Notes: generated from the sequence alone by a model not told the origin. Positions 25,226 to 34,967 are shown, counted from the stretch's first letter. The stretch: 35,118 nucleotides of DNA from a virus (IMGVR_UViG_3300046786_000093:1-35118), one strand, 5' to 3'. Numbers and translations are program-made.

Positions 25226-26216
25226 CGCTATCTCCTCCGTCGAATACACATTGGCCCCGGAAATACGCTTTGCCATTTAGCACCTCGCACAACTCTGGTG
25301 GCAAGAGAAACCCGTCCTTAAAGGTCAATACCGCAAAACCAGATGTATGCGGAGACGGGTTGTTTTCTGCGTAATCAAACTGCGGACCATGTGGGTCTGA
25401 CAGAGTTCCTGTATCTACACCCCAGCGGCGACCATTATAGTCAGCCCAAGGCGTTACAGCGAGGCGATGAAGATGCCCCGTAACGATAGAGCGGCCAGCC
25501 TTCAGGGTATTGTTATAGGCTGCGTGAATGCCGTTGTGATAGCGGTGCTTAATCATCACGCTATTGTTTACCATAAGCGACCAAGCGAAGTCCCAGCGGT
25601 CAAACTTGTCTTCTAAACGCTCTACAATGCCCTCATATTCTGAGGAATTGCTAACCAGCATCCGGTCAAAGCGCATATCGTGGTTGCCAACGTTCCAGAA
25701 TGTCGCGCAACCCTTGGGAAGCAACATTTCAATGTCAGCCATACGCTCTTGGCAAATCTCAAGCTCACCCTTGACTGTAGGAAGGTCCGACCAACCCATT
25801 GGAGCGTGCCGAGAAACTCGTGCGCCATCGAAAATATCGCCATTAGCGACAACTGCGCGTGGTTTTAGCTCTTTAATCAGGATGTGCAGAGCCTCATGGG
25901 CCACAGTGCGCCAATGATTAGGCCACCAATGCGCGTCTGAGAAGATTATGATGCTTCCAGTGTCAACGTAAAGCTCATTTTGGTTCTTATAGGCCCGTCC
26001 AATGTCATTTGACGACCAAGAACCGAAGCTTCCGGCGTTTCCTCGTGGCGATGTCTGAAGAATAATGCCTTTATTGGCCAATCCTTGACGGCGTTTATAA
26101 ATAACGCGCTCGCTCATCCCGGATAATTCAGAAATTTGGCGCGGACTACCATTGGCCTGTCGCCAAAGTTGGATAAACTCTTCATCAGATACAATTTTGG
26201 CTGTCATATACTTCAC
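25206..26216 (-). CDS. Calcineurin-like metallophosphoesterase with N-terminal HTH-like region
   Basis: FSDAH, NGDIFD, GNHD and GHLH motifs. Confidence 0.88.
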   Translation of the reverse strand: MKYMTAKIVSDEEFIQLWRQANGSPRQISELSGMSERVIYKRRQGLANKGIILQTSPRGNAGSFGSWSSNDIGRAYKNQNELYVDTGSIIIFSDAHWWPNHWRTVAHEALHILIKELKPRAVVANGDIFDGARVSRHAPMGWSDLPTVKGELEICQERMADIEMLLPKGCATFWNVGNHDMRFDRMLVSNSSEYEGIVERLEDKFDRWDFAWSLMVNNSVMIKHRYHNGIHAAYNNTLKAGRSIVTGHLHRLAVTPWADYNGRRWGVDTGTLSDPHGPQFDYAENNPSPHTSGFAVLTFKDGFLLPPELCEVLNGKAYFRGQCVFDGGDSDDDLSY

Positions 26217-26219
26217 CCC

Positions 26220-26528
26220 TCATTTGTTTTGACGAGCCGCGTCTCTCCACGCATCAATCGTCAAGCGGTGACGTAGCGCACAATCACCATATTTGGCAAT
26301 TATTTCCAATTCCCAGATGGCGCGCTCAGGATCGGAGAGCGGCTGAGGCGGTTTTGGAAGCTCTGGACAGCTATTTGCTAGGTTTGCCGGAGGCTGCGGA
26401 ATTGGCATCACTGACACCGCTTTCGAGCAGCCGGAGAACGCGAACATCAACAGCACAATCAGCAGGAACGGCAGGAAGCGTTTTGTAAATTTCCCTAATT
26501 TCCCGTGTTTTTCCGGCGACCACGACAT
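26220..26528 (-). CDS. o-spanin (Rz1-like lipoprotein)
   Basis: Hydrophobic stretch, lipobox FSGC and a Pro-rich mature region; overlaps the i-spanin out of frame. Confidence 0.75.
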   Translation of the reverse strand: MSWSPEKHGKLGKFTKRFLPFLLIVLLMFAFSGCSKAVSVMPIPQPPANLANSCPELPKPPQPLSDPERAIWELEIIAKYGDCALRHRLTIDAWRDAARQNK

Positions 26529-26730
26529 TGGCTTGATCACGCTGGGCTTCGTAAAGCGTAGAAATCTCATCTATCTTCCCCTGCATTTCCTTGCGCTGCT
26601 TCTCGGCTTTCTCAAGCGCGGCAGCGTAGGCGGCGTCGCATTGCCAGTCTTTTACTTTCCACCCGGCGGCGACGCCAATAAGTAAACAGCCTCCCGCCAG
26701 ATAGCCAATAAACGGATTAATCGGCCCCAT
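26371..26730 (-). CDS. i-spanin (Rz-like)
   Basis: N-terminal TM segment plus coiled coil, located after the endolysin and holin. Confidence 0.75.
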   Translation of the reverse strand: MGPINPFIGYLAGGCLLIGVAAGWKVKDWQCDAAYAAALEKAEKQRKEMQGKIDEISTLYEAQRDQANVVVAGKTREIREIYKTLPAVPADCAVDVRVLRLLESGVSDANSAASGKPSK

Positions 26731-26938
26731 TTATTTTGCCCCATTCCCTCACCGCAAAGATTGTCGCACAAGACGCGATAGTCGCCGCCAAATCCGTAAG
26801 GGAGATAGGCTCCTTACGAAGCAACGGCAGAATGACAGCGTTGACGAATACAGCCACCGCAATCCCGATGCAGGTAACAGGACGCCACCAGACCCGGATG
26901 CGCTCAAGAACGGCAGCTTCAACACCGGCCCACGTCAT
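26717..26938 (-). CDS. Holin
   Basis: WWRP followed by two TM segments and VREWGKING; adjacent to the endolysin. Confidence 0.7.
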   Translation of the reverse strand: MTWAGVEAAVLERIRVWWRPVTCIGIAVAVFVNAVILPLLRKEPISLTDLAATIASCATIFAVREWGKINGAD

Positions 26939-27327
26939 TTCGGGTCCGGGTATTTAGCGTGCGGCAACTCCCAATGCGGCCCGTCTTTGAAAGACTTCCA
27001 GTCCCCACCCCAAGTGATCGGCACGTTCTCAAGGCGTGCGGCTTCTTTCATAGCATTTTCGATATGATCGAACAGCGGCCAGTCCCACCGGATGCTGCCG
27101 CCTACATACGGCGCAATGTCAACCGCGAAGCCGTGGATGTGGCGCGAACGCATCGTCTTGGTCGCGCCTTTGGCGAAGAGTTCACGCTGGCGTGCCATTG
27201 TGCGCAAGCCTTCAATGACCGTGAAGTCAATCTTCGAAATGCTGATAGCGCGTTTAACCACGCGCACCAGATCAGGATGCACGCCGCGCAAGTTCAGCAG
27301 TGAGCGAGGTCCAAGTTTGAACGCCAT
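26935..27327 (-). CDS. Endolysin, M15 family peptidase (L-Ala-D-Glu type)
   Basis: GVHPDL, EGLRT, SRHIHGFAVD and WGGDWKSFKDGPHWEL motifs. Confidence 0.92.
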   Translation of the reverse strand: MAFKLGPRSLLNLRGVHPDLVRVVKRAISISKIDFTVIEGLRTMARQRELFAKGATKTMRSRHIHGFAVDIAPYVGGSIRWDWPLFDHIENAMKEAARLENVPITWGGDWKSFKDGPHWELPHAKYPDPK

Positions 27328-27545
27328 TAGCGGTCTGCCTTGTTGTCCAACTTATCTTCGATCCGGCGGAGGTGCATCATGACTTCATCGAACTTCTTGT
27401 CAATTGCACTGAACTTCTCGTCGCCGTATTCCAGCTTCGTTTCAAGGATTGCCAATCGGTTGCTGAGTTGGTTCCAAACACCAATGATGGCAAAAATGCC
27501 AGCTATGACAGTCAGAAGCGTATCAATGCCGAAAGACATATCCAT
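27327..27545 (-). CDS. Single-TM coiled-coil protein of the lysis cassette
   Basis: N-terminal TM segment and RRIEDKLDNK coiled coil. Confidence 0.6.
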   Translation of the reverse strand: MDMSFGIDTLLTVIAGIFAIIGVWNQLSNRLAILETKLEYGDEKFSAIDKKFDEVMMHLRRIEDKLDNKADR

Positions 27546-27547
27546 TG

Positions 27548-27997
27548 TTAGGCAACCCATTCTTCAGCGGGAGCGTCCGGCCATACTGGATTGAGCAGAT
27601 CAATATCACGGAGCGCCTTGCGGTATGTGGCGAAAGCCGTCTTGCAATCGACAGTAAGCGTAACGTCGAGAAGCTGCGTCCAATCGGTATCACGCAATTT
27701 CTGATTGCGGACATTGCGGTTACCAGACTTTGTGGCTTCATCCTTGGCTGTCAGTTCATCTTCCGACAGGCTTTCCACAGTCACCGCGTAAACTTCACCG
27801 CCTTCAAGATAGGCTTCGCAGGAAACCAGCTTCTGCGTGGCTGCGTCATATGCCTTGAAGTAAGTCACCGGGACAAGGTTGTTTTCGGCCATCCATTCAG
27901 CTTCCGGCCCAGAGGCGGGGAACGATACATTAGGGAACAATACGGACAGATCACCCGTTTGTTCGATGGCTCCGTTGTTTACGATAGCGACAATCAT
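27548..27997 (-). CDS. Tail fibre assembly chaperone-like protein
   Basis: RNVRNQKLRDTDWTQLLD...YRKALRDI...VWPDAP motif. Confidence 0.8.
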   Translation of the reverse strand: MIVAIVNNGAIEQTGDLSVLFPNVSFPASGPEAEWMAENNLVPVTYFKAYDAATQKLVSCEAYLEGGEVYAVTVESLSEDELTAKDEATKSGNRNVRNQKLRDTDWTQLLDVTLTVDCKTAFATYRKALRDIDLLNPVWPDAPAEEWVA

Positions 27998-28009
27998 TTT
28001 TGCCTCCAG

Positions 28010-29980
28010 TTACTTATTCGGGAATGCCGCTGTGGGCGGTGTGAAGTTAGCGGTGTAGCGGGCTACCCCATTGGTGATGCGAAGGTCGTCTAAGTATCCT
28101 GTGAAATATCCACCCCAAGTCTGGGAGCGGCCAATCCAAAGGCCACCAGACGTATCGTTAATGTCTGTCGTTACACCCGTGTGCGTTGCCGTTAATGTCC
28201 CGTTTCTGAACCATCGCAAAGTGCCAGATTGGCGTGTAACGGCCCAATGTTCCCACTGTTGGGTTGTTGGCGTTGTAGACGATGAAAAATCAATGGTCCC
28301 AGATGCGCCAATTCTTATCATTACGCGAGTAGGATCGACTTCCGTATTCCGATAAATTTGCCAGCCAGCGGCTCCGTCACCGGCTTTTTGACCGACAACT
28401 CCGGGCGTATTTGGCATGGATGACCAGTCAATCTGGCAATACATCCACCATTCAATTGTGAAATCGCCAGTCCTGAAATTGAACAGCGGATTGTTGGGGC
28501 CGACCAAGTAGTCGCCATTCCCATCAAACGCCATCGAACCCGTGCCAAACTTCTTAACGCTTGTGCTGATCTGAGCGTTGCCGACAGTCTCAAGGTCGTT
28601 CTTCATTGAGTTGTCGAAGATGGCTGCGTTGGTTCCCCTGAGAAGAAGGGAGGTTCCGCTTATCGCGCCAAGCGGAGTTGTTGGCGGTGTGAAACTTGCA
28701 GTGTAAACAGCAGTTCCTTTTACAATACGAACATCATTCATGTAACCAACTTGCGATGCCGATCCGCCTGAGTCACATAGAATGCCAATTTTATATGTGG
28801 ATGAAATATTAGCTGTTGATGTTCCAGACGCTTTTAAATCACCATCAACAAAAATTCGAAGCGTTGTTCCACTTCTTGTTACAGCAAAATGATGCCATGA
28901 ACTAGTTGACGGGACAAATCCGCTACTTAGCGTTAATGAACTATCGAGCCAGCGGAATGCGCCACTTCCATATTGTTGTATGAGAAAATCAAATCCAACA
29001 AAGGCAGTATGCGCACCAACAAGTTGCGCATCCCCTGCCCATCCGGGATAATATCCCCAAAACTCAATGGTAAAATCACCAGTTCCAAATGCAAATGCTG
29101 CATTTGTAGAAACTGTTAACCCATCACCAGAACCATCTCCATATACTGAGCCGCCATTCGCGCTGGTGCTGTAAGCAGCAGACGGCGCAAAGGGTGAAAA
29201 GTTAGTTACCTTTACGTCACCATTGCGGGTGATGGTAAAGTTGTTTGTGCTGCCGTCACGGAAGCGGTTGTCAGCGCAAGTCAGCAGCGATGTGTTGGTG
29301 ATTGCTGTGAGTGGCGTTGTGCTGGGAGTGAAGTTGGCCGTGTAGACGGCTGTGCCAACAACCACTCGGAAATTAGATACATATCCGACTGGGCTGGCTG
29401 TAATGCCACCAAAGCCTTGCATTATCTGAAAGGGCGTTGAGGAAAAATTCCGTGATGTCGTTCCCGTCCCGCTTGCTGTTCCATTAATATACTGAGTAAG
29501 CGACGAACCATTACGGACAATAGCAATGTGCGTCCATTGATTGAGCGAAACAGCAATTGATGCGGTGGCTTGGTCGCCACTGGTATAAAACTTCAATATA
29601 CCGCTGCTGTCGATATACCAAATGCAGTTAGTGCTTCCGTCACTCGTTCCGCACGAAAACAAAGCATTTTGCCCATTCGGCAGGCTTGTGAGATAAACCC
29701 ACATTTCTACGGTAAATGAGCCAGAACCAAGGGTGACGCTGGACTGCGTTAAATAATCACCCGTTCCATCAAAGTAATTCGACCAGTTGCTCCCATACGG
29801 TGAGAACGAACCCTGTGTCGTGTTGCCGTTACGGGTGATGGTGAAGTTGTTCGTGCTGCTATCGATGAACGTGTTGTTCTGCGCGCCATTGCTGCCATCG
29901 CCGTGCAGCAAAAGCGTGACGTTCTTAAAGTTGGGGTCGGATGCTTCCGCAGAAGAACCCATCAAAATGCGGTCAAGCAT
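28010..29980 (-). CDS. Receptor-binding tail protein with three LamG/ConA-like domains
   Basis: Three FT(V/I)E.W...W.H.A..R...GY...R...G.A.YTA.FTP units. Confidence 0.85.
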   Translation of the reverse strand: MLDRILMGSSAEASDPNFKNVTLLLHGDGSNGAQNNTFIDSSTNNFTITRNGNTTQGSFSPYGSNWSNYFDGTGDYLTQSSVTLGSGSFTVEMWVYLTSLPNGQNALFSCGTSDGSTNCIWYIDSSGILKFYTSGDQATASIAVSLNQWTHIAIVRNGSSLTQYINGTASGTGTTSRNFSSTPFQIMQGFGGITASPVGYVSNFRVVVGTAVYTANFTPSTTPLTAITNTSLLTCADNRFRDGSTNNFTITRNGDVKVTNFSPFAPSAAYSTSANGGSVYGDGSGDGLTVSTNAAFAFGTGDFTIEFWGYYPGWAGDAQLVGAHTAFVGFDFLIQQYGSGAFRWLDSSLTLSSGFVPSTSSWHHFAVTRSGTTLRIFVDGDLKASGTSTANISSTYKIGILCDSGGSASQVGYMNDVRIVKGTAVYTASFTPPTTPLGAISGTSLLLRGTNAAIFDNSMKNDLETVGNAQISTSVKKFGTGSMAFDGNGDYLVGPNNPLFNFRTGDFTIEWWMYCQIDWSSMPNTPGVVGQKAGDGAAGWQIYRNTEVDPTRVMIRIGASGTIDFSSSTTPTTQQWEHWAVTRQSGTLRWFRNGTLTATHTGVTTDINDTSGGLWIGRSQTWGGYFTGYLDDLRITNGVARYTANFTPPTAAFPNK

Positions 29981-30708
29981 TATTTGCTATCCACCATAAG
30001 GGCGACACCGCGCCAGTTTGTGCCGCCATCGTCAGTGATGAAGCCGAGAACATCGACACCAGATGTGGTCAGAGTTGGCGCAGTCCCACCCGGCCACTTA
30101 ACAGCAGCGGGCCAAGTCTGTGTGCCTGTGCCGCCATTGGTCAATTCAAGCAGCAGCGAGAAAGCACGAGATGACGGGACATTGGTAAACGTCCAAGTCA
30201 AAGCGCCAGATGCCGTCTTCGTGAAGTAGTTGCCAGCGGAGCAGTCAATCGCAGAGGCTGATACAGTTGTTACGTTAGAGCGAACGGAACCGAGAAGGTC
30301 GGCAGTCGCAGTCGTAACTGTGCCGGTAAATGTCGGTGAGGCCAGAGGTGACTTAGCATCAAGCTGCGTCTGGATGGCCGAGGTTACGCCGTCGAGATAG
30401 CCAAGTTCCGTGCTGCTTACGTTGCCAACAGACGTTGTGGACGGAAGCGTGACAGTTCCAGTGAATGTCGGTGAGGCAAGCGGGGCGATGATGCCACCAG
30501 AGACAGTGCCAGTGACGTTCAGCGTGCCAGCAACAGCAATCGTCTTACCAGCGCCTACGTTCAGACCAACGCTCGTGCCATTGCCTGCTGCTGCAAACAG
30601 CGCATCAACAAGGTCAAGGTCGGTGTTTAGCTTGGTCCCCCAAGTATCGGCAGAAGCGCCTACTTCGGGCTTGGTAAGACCAAGGTTAGTTGTGGTTGTA
30701 TCAGCCAT
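29980..30708 (-). CDS. Tail fibre protein
   Basis: MADTTTTNLGLTKPEVGASADTWGTKLN N-terminal anchor, repeated PLASPTFTGTVT, C-terminal TWPAAVKWPGGTAP domain. Confidence 0.75.
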   Translation of the reverse strand: MADTTTTNLGLTKPEVGASADTWGTKLNTDLDLVDALFAAAGNGTSVGLNVGAGKTIAVAGTLNVTGTVSGGIIAPLASPTFTGTVTLPSTTSVGNVSSTELGYLDGVTSAIQTQLDAKSPLASPTFTGTVTTATADLLGSVRSNVTTVSASAIDCSAGNYFTKTASGALTWTFTNVPSSRAFSLLLELTNGGTGTQTWPAAVKWPGGTAPTLTTSGVDVLGFITDDGGTNWRGVALMVDSK

Positions 30709-30716
30709 CTTTTACC

Positions 30717-31592
30717 TCATGCAGCTTGCTGCCATATTTCTGCTGTATCAGAAATTGGCGTCCATGTCTTGTTAGTATTTGCAACTTGTGTCCAAGTCTC
30801 AGACACAGCGGCAATCGGTGTCCAAGTCTCACTTGTGTCGGTCTGCGGTGTCCATGTTTCTGGGGTTACAGGAACAGGCTCCCACTTCCTGACAGCGTTA
30901 CAGGTTAGCGTTGATGTCGCACTAATCGCAGCACTATCAGTAAACCGAATACCAGCAGCGATAGCAACAGCCGAAGTCGCAGTCAGAAGCGCGCCAGCGG
31001 AGTTAACCATCACCCCAGAGGCCGTCAGATCGCTCGTAGAGGCAATCTCAATGGTTGTCTGGGCATAACGCACACCAACAGCCGTAACGGCGCTGAGAGC
31101 GTTTATTTCAGCCGCTGCAAAGACGATGCGGTTAGCGTTGGCTGTGAACGTCGAGACTGCGTTAATCTCTGCCGCTGCGAATGTCGTGCGGGTTGCCGTG
31201 GCTGTAACGTCACTGGTTGCCGTGATGACAGCCGCACCGGGGATTGTCTTCTGCCCAACAGCCGTAACCGTAGATGTGGCCGCAATCGCAGACGCGCCAA
31301 TCAGAACACGGACAGCAGATGCCGTTACATCGCTCGTCGCTGCAATAGCTGAAGCGCCGTTAGCGTAACGAATGGCGGAGGCGGTTACGTCACTGGTTGC
31401 CGCAATCGCAGCCGAGCCGTCGATAATCCTGTCGCCTGAAGCAGATACGGCAGAGGACGCGGTTATTACACCAGCGCCCTCAATTGCGTCTTCGCCGTAG
31501 CTTCCACGACCATAGAGGCCACTACCGTAGCCGGATGGAGCGCCAGCGGGATAAACCCCTGCGCCATAATTTCCGCTACCGTAGAAGCTCAT
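30717..31592 (-). CDS. Repeat-rich virion structural protein
   Basis: YG.G.YG N-terminal repeats, about 20-aa AAI.ATS.VTA repeats, and C-terminal Trp every 10 aa. Confidence 0.7.
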   Translation of the reverse strand: MSFYGSGNYGAGVYPAGAPSGYGSGLYGRGSYGEDAIEGAGVITASSAVSASGDRIIDGSAAIAATSDVTASAIRYANGASAIAATSDVTASAVRVLIGASAIAATSTVTAVGQKTIPGAAVITATSDVTATATRTTFAAAEINAVSTFTANANRIVFAAAEINALSAVTAVGVRYAQTTIEIASTSDLTASGVMVNSAGALLTATSAVAIAAGIRFTDSAAISATSTLTCNAVRKWEPVPVTPETWTPQTDTSETWTPIAAVSETWTQVANTNKTWTPISDTAEIWQQAA

Positions 31593-31595
31593 CTA

Positions 31596-31976
31596 TTAGT
31601 CCAGTGTGATGTCTAGGTCACCTGTCGGAATACGGAACACATCGCCGCTGGAAATGGTCTTAGATGTGGTCAACGCACCAGAAGCCAGCAAGTTCCCACC
31701 AGACAGAGCATCGCTGACACCGACATAGGTTACAGTCCCCCAGGAGCCAGTGGCTGTCGGAAACTCGATAGCAGCCGTGTTAGCAGCAGCATTGTTGGTA
31801 ATCGTGAAAGCAGCCGATTGACGAGCATATGAGCCGCCAGACACTTCCGTACCCGTGTTTCCTTCGCCGGGATCAGACGTATAGAGGCCAACATACAGCG
31901 TTGCAGGCGCGGTGTAAGATGTGCCGCCAAAAACGTGCAGCATCACCTTGTTTTCGAGATAATTGGAGAACGACAT
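31596..31976 (-). CDS. Virion structural protein
   Basis: SNYLEN...LYVGLYTSDP...EVSGGSYARQ...FPTATGSWGT pattern, common in phage tail regions. Confidence 0.75.
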   Translation of the reverse strand: MSFSNYLENKVMLHVFGGTSYTAPATLYVGLYTSDPGEGNTGTEVSGGSYARQSAAFTITNNAAANTAAIEFPTATGSWGTVTYVGVSDALSGGNLLASGALTTSKTISSGDVFRIPTGDLDITLD

Positions 31977-31986
31977 TTATAGCTCC

Positions 31987-32607
31987 TTAGCCAAAAGACC
32001 GAATACGCGGCGTTAATTTGCTGCTGCCAATTCTAGCACGTTCGTCAGCAATTTTCATGTCATTAACAAGCGTTTGATAAAGGCCAGCCCAGACACCCGT
32101 GCGCTCATCTTCCTTCAGATATGGCGCAGACTGAACCAGTGTCGCGTAGAGATACACATCTGGGGCCTCTGTCAGCAGCCAGTTAGTCGGCGCTGCATCG
32201 CTCAATGACGGGATTTTAGCGTAATAGGTCAATTCACCCGTGTAAGAGCTATCAGGTGTCGGAAGAACCTGAAATTGCTGCCCAACCATCGTGTAAAACA
32301 TGGGCTGGCCGGACGGAATGTAGATTTGGCTGTCTTCAGCAAGCTGCTCTGCCGTGACAAACTTGAGCGGCGTAATGGGATTTGTGTTCAACTGGAAGCG
32401 GATGTTCTCCAGCCAATCAGCAGGAACAGCAAAATACGGCGTATCCAGAGTTGCGTCTGCCCGTGTCACCATCTTGCGGTGACGGATTTGACGGTTCATC
32501 TGCGCTTCAGCAAGGGCGATGAAGTTAGGAATAGCAGAAGTAAGGTCGGAACGGTTCAACCAGTCCGCTACTGCCGTTTTCAACTCTGAATAGGTCGTAA
32601 TAGCCAT
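31987..32607 (-). CDS. Head-tail adaptor protein
   Basis: TYSELKTAVADWLNRSDL...FIALAEA...TNWLL...PDVYLYATL. Confidence 0.8.
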   Translation of the reverse strand: MAITTYSELKTAVADWLNRSDLTSAIPNFIALAEAQMNRQIRHRKMVTRADATLDTPYFAVPADWLENIRFQLNTNPITPLKFVTAEQLAEDSQIYIPSGQPMFYTMVGQQFQVLPTPDSSYTGELTYYAKIPSLSDAAPTNWLLTEAPDVYLYATLVQSAPYLKEDERTGVWAGLYQTLVNDMKIADERARIGSSKLTPRIRSFG

Positions 32608-32915
32608 TAAATCGTTCCCGGCCTTGTGCGGAATGCTCTGTTGTCAGGGTCATTCAGCCATTTAGCGAGTGCCTTTTGATCCTGTAGGATGCCTTGGCGC
32701 TCAAGCTCGTAATACACTGAAAGTGGGATGGAGCCAACCTTAGTCCATTCTCCCCAACGCTCTGGTGCAGCGTTAAATTCGACTTTGTTGGCTTCAATGA
32801 TGCCGGAAACGTCCTGCGTCTTTTGGATGACAGCTTCATCCTTGTCAGCATCATAGTGGAATTTCGTAACGATACCTGTTGTTGCTGTATCGTCAGAGAT
32901 AATCTTGTCTGCCAT
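32607..32915 (-). CDS. Hypothetical protein downstream of the capsid gene
   Basis: QDVSGIIEANK...KVGSIP...KWLNDPDNRAFRT; RBS GGAGG. Confidence 0.75.
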   Translation of the reverse strand: MADKIISDDTATTGIVTKFHYDADKDEAVIQKTQDVSGIIEANKVEFNAAPERWGEWTKVGSIPLSVYYELERQGILQDQKALAKWLNDPDNRAFRTRPGTI

Positions 32916-32933
32916 TGTCCCTCCAAAGAGTTA

Positions 32934-32957
32934 GGGGAGAGGCCGAAACCCCTCCCC
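32934..32957 (-). terminator. UUCG hairpin after the capsid gene (weak terminator or mRNA stabiliser)
   Basis: GGGGAGGGGT-TTCG-GCCTCTCCCC followed by TAACTCTTT. Confidence 0.6.
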
Positions 32958-32966
32958 ACACCCATC

Positions 32967-33929
32967 TTACGCAGTGGTCAAATCTGCACAAATGCCATGA
33001 GCCGCCTGGTTAGAAACCTTCAGGCCATACTCGACGAGCATCAGGCGCTTCTCAGCGTCACCCGTCTTGGCGAGTTCCGTCTGCTGGATCGGACGCAGGA
33101 TGGCGAGCGAAGCATACTCAGGATCGACCACGAAAGCGTCACGAGCGCGCTGGAAGCGGTTCGGAACGATGTTTACAGTGCCGAAGTCCGACACATAAAC
33201 GTCAGCCGCACCAATGATCTGAGCCTGCTGGCCAGCCGGAACGTCACGGAACTTCGTAGCGATACCGGAGAAGCCAGAAGCAGCCTGCTTGTTGAACGCG
33301 CCAACCATGAGCATCTTCGGCGTGCCGCCCGAAGTCCAGACTTCAGCGATAACGTTCTTCAGCAGCGTCTCGGTGAAGGCACGCTGAGTGCCGTCCGTGC
33401 GAGCAGCAGTCGGGGTTGAGCCAACAGTCGGGTCAGCACCACCCGTGCCGAAGTCGGTGTTGGTGGTCAACCAAGCAGGCAGACCAGCCGTGCGGCGTGC
33501 AGTCGTGGTGTTACCAGCAACAGCAGCTTGGTTAGCAAGCAGTGCGCTTTCCATGTCACGCTTCAGTTCCGAACCCATCTTGGCAAGCTGATAGGTCAAT
33601 TCCGAACGACGACCAGCCTTGTCAACAGCTTCGAGCGTGCCGGAGATGATGACGTTCTTCGTGCTGATCTGCGTGTAGTTGCCAACGCGAGCAGTCGGCG
33701 TAACAGCTTGGAACGACGAAATGTCGTCACCTTCCAGCGCAGCGTTCGAAGCCGAAGCAGCAGCCAGAGCATCCGTCTGCCATTCGAAGTAGGTGTTCTT
33801 CACGTTCTCGCGGGAGATGTTCGAGATGAACGGAGTTTCTTCCGGCGAGATGTTGTAAATGACGTTCGACAGGTCTTCACGGATACCAACAGCCGAATAA
33901 CGGGTGAAGGTGTTAGTAACAATAGCCAT
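32967..33929 (-). CDS. Major capsid protein (DUF5309-like)
   Basis: REDLSNVIYNISPEETPF, FEWQTD, NYTQI, ELKRDME and YVSDFG motifs; strong codon bias; follows the scaffold gene. Confidence 0.9.
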   Translation of the reverse strand: MAIVTNTFTRYSAVGIREDLSNVIYNISPEETPFISNISRENVKNTYFEWQTDALAAASASNAALEGDDISSFQAVTPTARVGNYTQISTKNVIISGTLEAVDKAGRRSELTYQLAKMGSELKRDMESALLANQAAVAGNTTTARRTAGLPAWLTTNTDFGTGGADPTVGSTPTAARTDGTQRAFTETLLKNVIAEVWTSGGTPKMLMVGAFNKQAASGFSGIATKFRDVPAGQQAQIIGAADVYVSDFGTVNIVPNRFQRARDAFVVDPEYASLAILRPIQQTELAKTGDAEKRLMLVEYGLKVSNQAAHGICADLTTA

Positions 33930-33941
33930 AACTTTAAGTCC

Positions 33942-34967
33942 TTAAATGAGTTTGTCCAAAAGAGCAGCCGCATCTGTAATGCGACCACTACGCACAAGGC
34001 GCTGAGAAGCTCTCTTTACCTCGGTTGAACGACCATTGACCTGTGAACCATTGCTACCGGGCTTAATGACCTTAGAAGCCTTCTTAGGAGCGTTCTTGGC
34101 CTGTTGCACCTTAGTGCGGCCCTTATCATACAGCATGGCTTTGCGGAGGAGTGCAACGTGACTTGCTTGGCGTAGACCTTCAACGTCTTGTTCGGTCAAC
34201 CCCTGGGCCAATGCCCATTCACGAAGTTCCTTTGCCTCTCGAACCATCGTTTCCTGATTGCTCCACTCAGGGATAACATCAGGCAACTTGGCACGTTCAG
34301 CTTCCACAAAAGCCTGAATGGCTCGTGCTTGGTCGGTGGCTTGCTCCTGTGCGAGACGTTGCTGTTCAGCCTGAATGGCCTGCAAGCGATACGTTTGCTC
34401 TTCACGGGATTTACGCCACTGCCGTTCTAACCGCGCCGCCTCAATGGGGTCTTCGTTATAAAGAGTGTCCCAGTCAGGCTCTGCACTGGCTTGCTGCATC
34501 AATTGCTGCTGGAGCAAAGGCAGAAGTTCAGCGTATTGAGCGCGTTCTTGACGAATGGTTTCTGCTTCCGACTGAAACGCTTTACGTTCTTCAGCGAGAG
34601 CTTGCGCCTTTCGTGTGTAATCTGAAGTCCGAGAATAGCCATTCCGAAGCTCTGCTAGGGTGACTTCCACTTCTTCACCGTCAACTTTTACCTTGACTGT
34701 GACATCATCAGGAAGTTCCTGCGAGGTAGCTTCTTCCTCACCATCTTCTTCGTCCAGTTCGGCTTCTTCGTCATACTCGCCTTCGCCATCTTCCTCTTCT
34801 GAGGTTTCAGGTTCGTCTTCGTATTCCGCTTCCGCCTCACCCATTTCTGGGTCTAGCGCCTCAGCTTCGCCTTGGTTGTCCTCTTCAGGGCCTAGCAGTT
34901 TGCTGATGGCTAAGGTTGCTTCGTGGAGGCCGATCCCAGTATCGGGGTTGCCGACTTGTTCCGTCAT
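33942..34967 (-). CDS. Capsid scaffolding protein
   Basis: Acidic N-terminus, VKVKVDGEEVEVTLAELRNGYSRTSDYTRK, coiled coils. Confidence 0.88.
   Translation of the reverse strand: MTEQVGNPDTGIGLHEATLAISKLLGPEEDNQGEAEALDPEMGEAEAEYEDEPETSEEEDGEGEYDEEAELDEEDGEEEATSQELPDDVTVKVKVDGEEVEVTLAELRNGYSRTSDYTRKAQALAEERKAFQSEAETIRQERAQYAELLPLLQQQLMQQASAEPDWDTLYNEDPIEAARLERQWRKSREEQTYRLQAIQAEQQRLAQEQATDQARAIQAFVEAERAKLPDVIPEWSNQETMVREAKELREWALAQGLTEQDVEGLRQASHVALLRKAMLYDKGRTKVQQAKNAPKKASKVIKPGSNGSQVNGRSTEVKRASQRLVRSGRITDAAALLDKLI

Noticed and set aside
28010-29980. Diversity-generating retroelement target
   Set aside because: No reverse transcriptase and no template repeat with adenine-specific mismatches was seen.
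32823-34028. + strand ORFs of 198 and 166 aa
   Set aside because: Antisense shadows of the capsid gene.
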